From the NCBI GenBank assembly GCA_040756235.1, contig JBFLZG010000009.1, forward strand, positions 1-31,716: a stretch of DNA of 31,716 nt, written 5' to 3'. The stretch comes from a bacterium (GTDB lineage: Bacteria > Desulfobacterota > DSWW01). Of the stretch, positions 25,866-31,716 are shown piece by piece. Positions within the stretch are counted from its first letter, which is position 1; each line of letters opens with the position of its first letter. Under the pieces are notes generated by a model, which was given only the letters and a program-made list of their open reading frames with translations, searched no databases and was not told the DNA's origin. The position numbers and the translations under genes were made by a program.

Positions 25866-26052
25866 GTAGGGGCAGGTTTGAAACCTCCCCACTGCGGCTC
25901 TGCGACTGCGAGCGCGGCGATCCAGCTGTTACCTGGAGGTTGCCACGGACCTTCGGTCCTCGCAATGTCCGATGGTTAATTGCGGCTCGCCACGTCTCGA
26001 TTGTGAACCCCGGTAGGATGGACAAAGCCGCAGGCGTGTCCACCAACCACGG
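25866..26052 (+). repeat. two GTAG-REP elements between small subunit and GMC genes
   Basis: GTAGGGGCAGGTTTGAAACCTCCCC plus GACTGCGAGCGCGGCGAT tail; family A at 26013-26044. Confidence 0.8.
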
Positions 26053-26069
26053 TTGACGGATGACTTTTG

Positions 26070-27740
26070 ATGAGTCCTTCTGAAGAAGCAGACGTCGTGG
26101 TCATCGGAAGCGGAGCCGGCGGGGCACCTGTGGCGGCGGTCCTTGCAGAAGCGGGTGCCCGGGTCGTGATCCTGGAAAAAGGTCCCTACTACACCTCGCA
26201 GGACTTCGTCCACGACGAGGTGAAGATCTGCCGACGCGATTTCTGGGTGCCCTACCTGGACGACGAACCGCACACGATCCGCGAAACGGAAGATGCGGCA
26301 TCCAAGCGCACCCGCTCGGGATGGACAAGCTGCTGCGTGGGGGGCGCGACCGTCCACATGAGCGGTTTCTTCTACCGGCTCAACCCGTCCGATTTCCGGC
26401 TGTCCGAGCTGACAGGAGGAGTAAAGGACGCCGACGTGGCCGACTGGCCGATCTCGATCGAAGAGATGCTCCCTTTCTACGATCTGCTCGAGGCGCGGAT
26501 CGGCATTTCGGGCAGAGCGGGCATCAACCCGTTCGAGGTCCGGCACAGGCCCTTTCCGCTCCCGCCCCTTCTGCCGCACCCTGCGGCGGCCCTGTTCGAT
26601 GCGGCGGCCCGTTCCCTGGGCTACCACCCGTACCCCACGCCCCGGGCGGTCGTGTCGCGCACCTTCGGGCGGAGGCCGCCCTGCAACTACTGCGGGCTTT
26701 GCGGCGACTACGGCTGCGAGAACGCTTCGAAGTCGAGCACCCTGGTCACCTTCGTGCCGGCCGCCGAGGCGACCGGCCGGTGCCAGGTGAGGCCGTGCTC
26801 CATGGCCAGCCGCATCCTGGTGGACGATTCCCCGAAGGTCACCGGGGTGGAGTACGTCGACCGGCACGGGCAGACCCGGCAGATCGGCGCCCGGGCGGTG
26901 TGCCTCGCCGCCTCGGCCATCGAGAGCGCCCGGCTGCTGCTGCTCTCCGAGAGCAGCCGCTTCCCGCAGGGCCTCGCCAACGGCAGCGGGCTCGTGGGCA
27001 GGAACCTGACCTTCTCCACCTTCGGAAAAGGGATGGCCGTCTTCGACCGGCAGGAGCTCGCCGCGCGGCTCGGCCCGGACGGCATGGATCTCCCCTTCTT
27101 TCAGCGGTCGGTGCAGGACCACTACTGGATGGAGAGCCCGGGCGCGGCCCTGCCCAAGGGAGGTACGTACAACTTCATCCTTCAGCACCCGGGCCCGATC
27201 GGCAGGGCCGCGCGAGTGGCCGGCGATGCGAGGTGGCAGCTCTTCGGCGAGGCCCTCAAGGACAGGCTCCGCCAGGCCTTCCGCGACGAGCTGGCGGTCG
27301 AGGTCGAGGTGTTCGGGGAGTCTCTTCCCTGGAAGGGCTCGTACGTGGACCTGGATCCCAAGGTGAAGGATCGCTTCGGTCTGCCCGTGGCGCGCATCAC
27401 CGCCCGCAACCACCCGGCCGCGAACGAAGTGAACGAGAAGATGGTCCGGAACGGCCTGCAGATGCTCGAGGCGATGAAGCCCGCGGCGCAAAGAGTGTCC
27501 GTCTGGACAGCCAAGGACGCGACGTACCATCTTCAGCAGGGGAGCTGCCGCTTCGGCACGGACCCGGCGTTCTCGGTCCTCGATCCCGCCTGCCAGGCCC
27601 ACGAGGTCCGGAACCTCTACGTGACGGACGGCAGCTTCATGCCGACCTCGGGCGGCGTTCCTTCCACCGAGACCATCATGGCAAACAGCCTCCGGGTGGG
27701 CTCCATTCTTCGCGATCGCTTCCTCAGGCGTGAGATCTAA
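26070..27740 (+). CDS. GMC-family FAD oxidoreductase (gluconate-2-DH flavoprotein-like)
   Basis: GSGAGG Rossmann motif, VGGATVH, DWPI, CNYCGLC...C, ESARLLLLS, NLYVTDGSFMPTSGG. Confidence 0.93.
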   Translation: MSPSEEADVVVIGSGAGGAPVAAVLAEAGARVVILEKGPYYTSQDFVHDEVKICRRDFWVPYLDDEPHTIRETEDAASKRTRSGWTSCCVGGATVHMSGFFYRLNPSDFRLSELTGGVKDADVADWPISIEEMLPFYDLLEARIGISGRAGINPFEVRHRPFPLPPLLPHPAAALFDAAARSLGYHPYPTPRAVVSRTFGRRPPCNYCGLCGDYGCENASKSSTLVTFVPAAEATGRCQVRPCSMASRILVDDSPKVTGVEYVDRHGQTRQIGARAVCLAASAIESARLLLLSESSRFPQGLANGSGLVGRNLTFSTFGKGMAVFDRQELAARLGPDGMDLPFFQRSVQDHYWMESPGAALPKGGTYNFILQHPGPIGRAARVAGDARWQLFGEALKDRLRQAFRDELAVEVEVFGESLPWKGSYVDLDPKVKDRFGLPVARITARNHPAANEVNEKMVRNGLQMLEAMKPAAQRVSVWTAKDATYHLQQGSCRFGTDPAFSVLDPACQAHEVRNLYVTDGSFMPTSGGVPSTETIMANSLRVGSILRDRFLRREI

Positions 27741-27834
27741 CAGGCTCGCGAATCAGGACTTTGCTGTAGTGGCGACGCATGCTGGCGCCCGCAACCGTGG
27801 CGATCCCCTTGTACAGCACACTTTCGGGATCGGA

Positions 27835-28302
27835 TCAGTTCATCTGCCACAGCGCGAAGTTCAGGCACGCTGCGAACCCAACCCAGACCAGGTACGGCAA
27901 CATCAACGCACCCGCGACCCGCACTTTGCGCCAGAACAGCACGGTGACGACCAGGATCACGGCCCACAAGACCACGACCTCAAAGAAGGCGACATCGATA
28001 CGGTGCGCTCCGAAGAACAAGTAGGACCACAAGGCGTTCAAGACGAGCTGAGCGAAGAAGAGCCACAGCGCCGTACCGGCTCCCGTAAAGCCGGCCCGGC
28101 GCCAGACGAGCCACGCGGCCAGGCCCATGAGCACATAGAGCGCGGTCCACACCGGGGCAAACACGGCGTCCGGCGGGGTCCACGCCGGTTTCTCCAGTGA
28201 CGCGTACCACGCACCCGGCATGAACCGCGAGCCGATCCACCCGGCAGCGAGCGAAACTGCCAGCCACCCGATCAGTCCGAGTGCGTTTCTTGCCCTGTTC
28301 AA
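27835..28302 (-). CDS. tspO: TspO/MBR tryptophan-rich sensory protein
   Basis: WYASLEKPAWTPP..VFAPVWTALY, LNALWSYLFF, PYLVWVGFA..LN; TTG start after SD AGGAGG. Confidence 0.92.
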   Translation of the reverse strand: MNRARNALGLIGWLAVSLAAGWIGSRFMPGAWYASLEKPAWTPPDAVFAPVWTALYVLMGLAAWLVWRRAGFTGAGTALWLFFAQLVLNALWSYLFFGAHRIDVAFFEVVVLWAVILVVTVLFWRKVRVAGALMLPYLVWVGFAACLNFALWQMN

Positions 28303-28325
28303 TCCCCCTCCTGCTGCCCAGTGGC

Positions 28326-31241
28326 CTACGGGTTGAGAGCGGAAAGCGGCGTCTCGTGGAAGGGAAAGACATCCAGGATCACGACGGCCTTGGAGCTCTC
28401 CGGGACCACGGTGCCTGCCGGGATCGTGAGTGAAACGCCTGCCAGGTTTCCTGCCGGGTCGGACTGCACGCTCAGGTTGGCGTGGTAGTCGATGCCCACC
28501 GCCTCGACCTCCAACGGGTCCACCAGGATCACGGCAGCCAGGTGCTCCGATACGGGATAGGTGGCCCCTGCCTCGAGCGCGAAGGCGGCCGAGAGCACGC
28601 CTGCCTGAGAGCTTGTGGGCGCGGTGTAGCTCACGGAGCTCACCGATATGCCGGCGGGCCGCCTGTTGGCCGCTCCCCGGTCGTCGTACGGCCTGGTGAT
28701 GTAGGTGCCGAGGGCCACGAGCTTTCCGGCCACGTTGTTGCAGAGCCCGGCCACGGCGAAGAGGGGGCCGTACGTGGGGATGGAGAGACACTCGGCCTGG
28801 GCGTAGGCCGTGGCGCCAGGCCTGACCCTGAGATCCGGGCCCAGGCCGCCTCGAAGCTGAAAGAGGTCGAAGGTGATCGGCACGCCGGTGACCTCCATGA
28901 GGAAGTCTTCATTAGAAAGAATGAAGAAGTCCTTCTTGTACCGGCCGCTGAGAGGGAAGGTGAAATCTGTGGCCGGGTCCGGCACGAGCACGCCGCGCTC
29001 GTCGAAGGTCCCGCCCACGGCCCACAGGAGGAGACGGCCCTCGTTGACCGCATCCGGCTCGGTCGCCTCCAGGGTTCCCAGGATCCAGTGGTAGCTGTCG
29101 AACCCGATCTGGTTCAGGCTGGGCAGCATGGGCGGCAGAGGCACGGAGAGCCGTTTCCATTCCAGGGCCGTGACCTCGCTCTCCGAGACGTGCAACGGGA
29201 TCCTGTCGGCCGCAGAGTCCTCGACCCGCACCTCCATGTACTCGGAGAACGAACCGGTCGGGCTGCCGCCGATCACGAGGTTGCCGATCCGCAGGCCGCC
29301 CGTGAGATGTTCGCCGTCCAGCAGCAAGTGGTAGAGGCCGCCCGGCTCCAGGAAGCCGTCCGGGATGACGTGCACGAAGTGTCCGTCGGCCGAAGGCTCG
29401 GCCCGCCAGGGGACCGGAGGCCACAGATCGAGGTCGAGCGCGCCGGACGGGCAGAGGGCGGGATCGCTGCAGACGGCTGCGTCCACCGTTTCCCCGGCTT
29501 CCCGCACCACGAGCCTTTCCGTGAGGATCGTGGCCGCCGGGATGGTCGGCGGGTCCTGGGTCTCGGTCGTGCCGCCCGATGTCACGTAGTACACCCCGAC
29601 CAGATCGTCCTCGAAGGCCTCCCCGGGGTCGGTCTCGCAGCGGCTGTCCTCTGCGTGGAGGCAGTAGTCGTACGGGACGAACCACAGAAAACCGTGCTCG
29701 CCGCCGATGCAGACGCCCTGCTCGCCCAGCGCAGGGGACCCGTTGAGGTCGTTCCGGTCTCTGAGCTCCGGGTCCTCCGGAGTGGTGTCGAAGGACCAGC
29801 GGCGGGTGCCGTCGTCGCCGTTCAGGGCGTACAGCTTGCCGTTTCCGCACCCCACGTACACGATCTCCCGGTCCTCGCCGGGCGGCGCGGGTCCGACGGC
29901 CGGTGAGGATCGAATGGTGTCCCCGGTGTCATAGGTCCAGAGAAGCTCTCCCTGCGGGCTCACCGCGTACACCGTTCCGTCCGCGGACCCGAAGTAGATG
30001 ACAGCGGTCTGGCCCGCGTCATCGACTCCCAACGCCGGAGAGCTGTAGATGTGGTCCATGGTGGGGAGCTGCCAGAGCACCTTTCCCTCCGCCGGGTGCA
30101 GGGCGTACAAGGAGCTGTCGAAGGAGCCGATGTATACGGTCCCGTCCGAGCCGATCGCCGCCGAGGAGGCGACAAACCCCAGGGTCGGCGTCTGCCAGCG
30201 CGGGGCGCCGTCCGGACGGACAGCGTGCACCATTACGTCGAGGGACCCCCAGTAGATGGTGCCGTCATCGGCGAAGGCCGCAGCCGACCAGCAGTTGTTG
30301 CCCGTGGTGTAGCTCCACCGGAACTCGCCTTCCTCGCTGAAGGCGTAGTAGTTCCAGTTGGTGTTGCCGGCGTACAGGGTCCCGTCGAAGCCCATGACCA
30401 CGTTGCCTTCCCACCAGTTGTTGTACCCGGGGCCGGGCGAGACCGTGGCCTGGAAGGTCCACAGGAGGCGGTCTTCGGGCCGGCTCACGGCAGCGTCGGC
30501 TCGCAGGCAGTAAACGTTGCCGTCGCCCGAGAGAAAGACGACTTTGGAGTAACCGTTCTCCGGGTCGAAGCGCCTGATGGTGGCCGCCGAGTCGATGAGC
30601 TCCCCGGTCTCGAAGCGCCACTTTTCCGTGCCGTCCGGCCGCACCGCGTAGAAGTTGTGGTCCGCCGAGCCCACGTACACGGTGCCGTCGCGGTCGATGA
30701 CCGGCGTGCTGAAGATCCCCTTGGCGGTCTCGAAGGCCCAGGGCCAGCCTCCGGCGTAGACGCCCGCGATGGGGCTGCGGCCCGTGTTCCGCCGGTCGCG
30801 CCGGAAGCTCGGCCAGGGCGAGTCGGCCTGGACCGGCACCTCGTACCCGTAAGGCTCTGAAGGCAGACCGGCGGCCTTGACCTGGAGGTAGACCGGCTCC
30901 GAGACCTGCATGCCGACGAGCGACAGGTCCACGTGGACCCGCACGTCGCAGGAGCCGACGCCGGGCGGCACGCTCAGCACGATCTGGCGGTCCGTCCAGG
31001 CCTCCACGGTGCGCACCTCGACCGCCGTGCCGCCGCCCTCGGTGAAGGAGACGTAGCTTCCGCGCTGCATGTTTCCGAATCCTCGGCCGAACAGACGGAT
31101 CTGTCCTTCGGGCTGGGCGGCCGGAGGCTCGATCGAGCTCAGGCAGCCGGAAGCGAGAAGCGCGACAATGGCCAGCAACGTCCGGAAGAGGGGGAACCTC
31201 GGTCGATGGGGCTGCCGTGATGCCGTGTACGATGCCGTCAT
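28326..31241 (-). CDS. large lipoprotein with IPT-like domain, PQQ-type beta-propeller repeats and unknown C-terminal domain
   Basis: Lipobox LASG-C; repeated SSPA/GTVYVGS.D..LYA....G...W units; start 31241 has SD AGGAG. Confidence 0.82.
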   Translation of the reverse strand: MTASYTASRQPHRPRFPLFRTLLAIVALLASGCLSSIEPPAAQPEGQIRLFGRGFGNMQRGSYVSFTEGGGTAVEVRTVEAWTDRQIVLSVPPGVGSCDVRVHVDLSLVGMQVSEPVYLQVKAAGLPSEPYGYEVPVQADSPWPSFRRDRRNTGRSPIAGVYAGGWPWAFETAKGIFSTPVIDRDGTVYVGSADHNFYAVRPDGTEKWRFETGELIDSAATIRRFDPENGYSKVVFLSGDGNVYCLRADAAVSRPEDRLLWTFQATVSPGPGYNNWWEGNVVMGFDGTLYAGNTNWNYYAFSEEGEFRWSYTTGNNCWSAAAFADDGTIYWGSLDVMVHAVRPDGAPRWQTPTLGFVASSAAIGSDGTVYIGSFDSSLYALHPAEGKVLWQLPTMDHIYSSPALGVDDAGQTAVIYFGSADGTVYAVSPQGELLWTYDTGDTIRSSPAVGPAPPGEDREIVYVGCGNGKLYALNGDDGTRRWSFDTTPEDPELRDRNDLNGSPALGEQGVCIGGEHGFLWFVPYDYCLHAEDSRCETDPGEAFEDDLVGVYYVTSGGTTETQDPPTIPAATILTERLVVREAGETVDAAVCSDPALCPSGALDLDLWPPVPWRAEPSADGHFVHVIPDGFLEPGGLYHLLLDGEHLTGGLRIGNLVIGGSPTGSFSEYMEVRVEDSAADRIPLHVSESEVTALEWKRLSVPLPPMLPSLNQIGFDSYHWILGTLEATEPDAVNEGRLLLWAVGGTFDERGVLVPDPATDFTFPLSGRYKKDFFILSNEDFLMEVTGVPITFDLFQLRGGLGPDLRVRPGATAYAQAECLSIPTYGPLFAVAGLCNNVAGKLVALGTYITRPYDDRGAANRRPAGISVSSVSYTAPTSSQAGVLSAAFALEAGATYPVSEHLAAVILVDPLEVEAVGIDYHANLSVQSDPAGNLAGVSLTIPAGTVVPESSKAVVILDVFPFHETPLSALNP

Positions 31242-31332
31242 GGAAGCGCTCCTATTCGGATGCAAATCTTGAAGGCCGGACCTCTGCTTGTCTGCCTTTT
31301 GCGGGGCAGGTTGCTTCTGCTCAGACGGAGCT

Positions 31333-31362
31333 AGATTAGCTGGTAAAGTAACGGTGTGTCAA
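31333..31362 (-). promoter_or_regulatory. sigma70-type promoter for the lipoprotein-tspO unit
   Basis: Minus strand TTGACA-18 bp-TAATCT. Confidence 0.6.
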
Positions 31363-31392
31363 AAAGAATACCGGCATCTACCAAGATTTTCC

Positions 31393-31422
31393 TTGACCGC
31401 GAGAAAGGCGGCTGACTATAAA
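31393..31422 (+). promoter_or_regulatory. divergent sigma70-type promoter toward the window end
   Basis: TTGACC-18 bp-TATAAA. Confidence 0.45.
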
Positions 31423-31507
31423 GACCCACAGGCCGACCCGGAAAGAGTAGAAGGCGGTCGACGCGAGCTTTTGAAAGAATTCGAGAGAAGCGAAGAACAC
31501 CCACTTG

Positions 31508-31667
31508 AGAGGCTGTTGAGAAATGCCCAGATGCAAGGCGCGCGAGATCCCGAGGAATGAGGCTAAGCGGGAGTCACGGTGGACCCCGGCCTTCGCCGGG
31601 GCAGGCTCCCCCCGCCTCACTCTCCGATGAGCGCAACGCCGCAGATGGGCGTTTATCGACAGCCTCT
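31508..31667. mobile_element. family F MITE-like element carrying an inserted hairpin repeat
   Basis: TIRs AGAGGCTGTTGAGAAATGCCCA / AGAGGCTGTCGATAAACGCCCA; shares GATGCAAGGCGCGCGA..GAGGAA.GAGGC and GAGCGCAACGC.GCAGATGGGC with 11706. Confidence 0.8.
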
Positions 31668-31716
31668 TGGGGGGGTGGGGTGGGTCGATGGGACCCAAAG
31701 AGGGTGGGATGCAAGT

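Noticed and set aside
179..26052. Repeated ~32-bp palindromes as a CRISPR array
   Set aside because: Copies are dispersed kilobases apart with no regular spacers and no cas genes
31709..31716. Gene start at the window edge (ATGCAAGT)
   Set aside because: Only 8 nt are visible, so it cannot be supported

Overview
GC-rich bacterial chromosomal window from a diderm, anaerobe-like organism; the gene content and repeat types suggest a deltaproteobacterium/Desulfobacterota-like lineage (inference). From left to right: a D-Ala-D-Ala carboxypeptidase and a PaaI thioesterase (minus strand); a cobalamin-riboswitch-controlled uptake and remodelling operon (btuB-cbiR-cobU-cobT-cobS-btuF-btuC-btuD); a minus-strand cluster of TetR, two paralogous multi-Fe-S proteins and two paralogous cytoplasmic molybdopterin oxidoreductases; an orphan ICL/PEP-mutase-family lyase; an unusual respiratory module (Rieske + cytochrome b + 7-heme cytochrome c + Tat-exported gluconate-2-DH-type small subunit + GMC flavoprotein) behind a candidate sigma54 promoter; then tspO and a large PQQ-type beta-propeller lipoprotein. 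Most long intergenic spacers are mosaics of at least six short palindromic repeat/MITE families. Some of these are nested in one another and two supply stop codons to host genes. No transposase, tRNA, rRNA or CRISPR array was seen.
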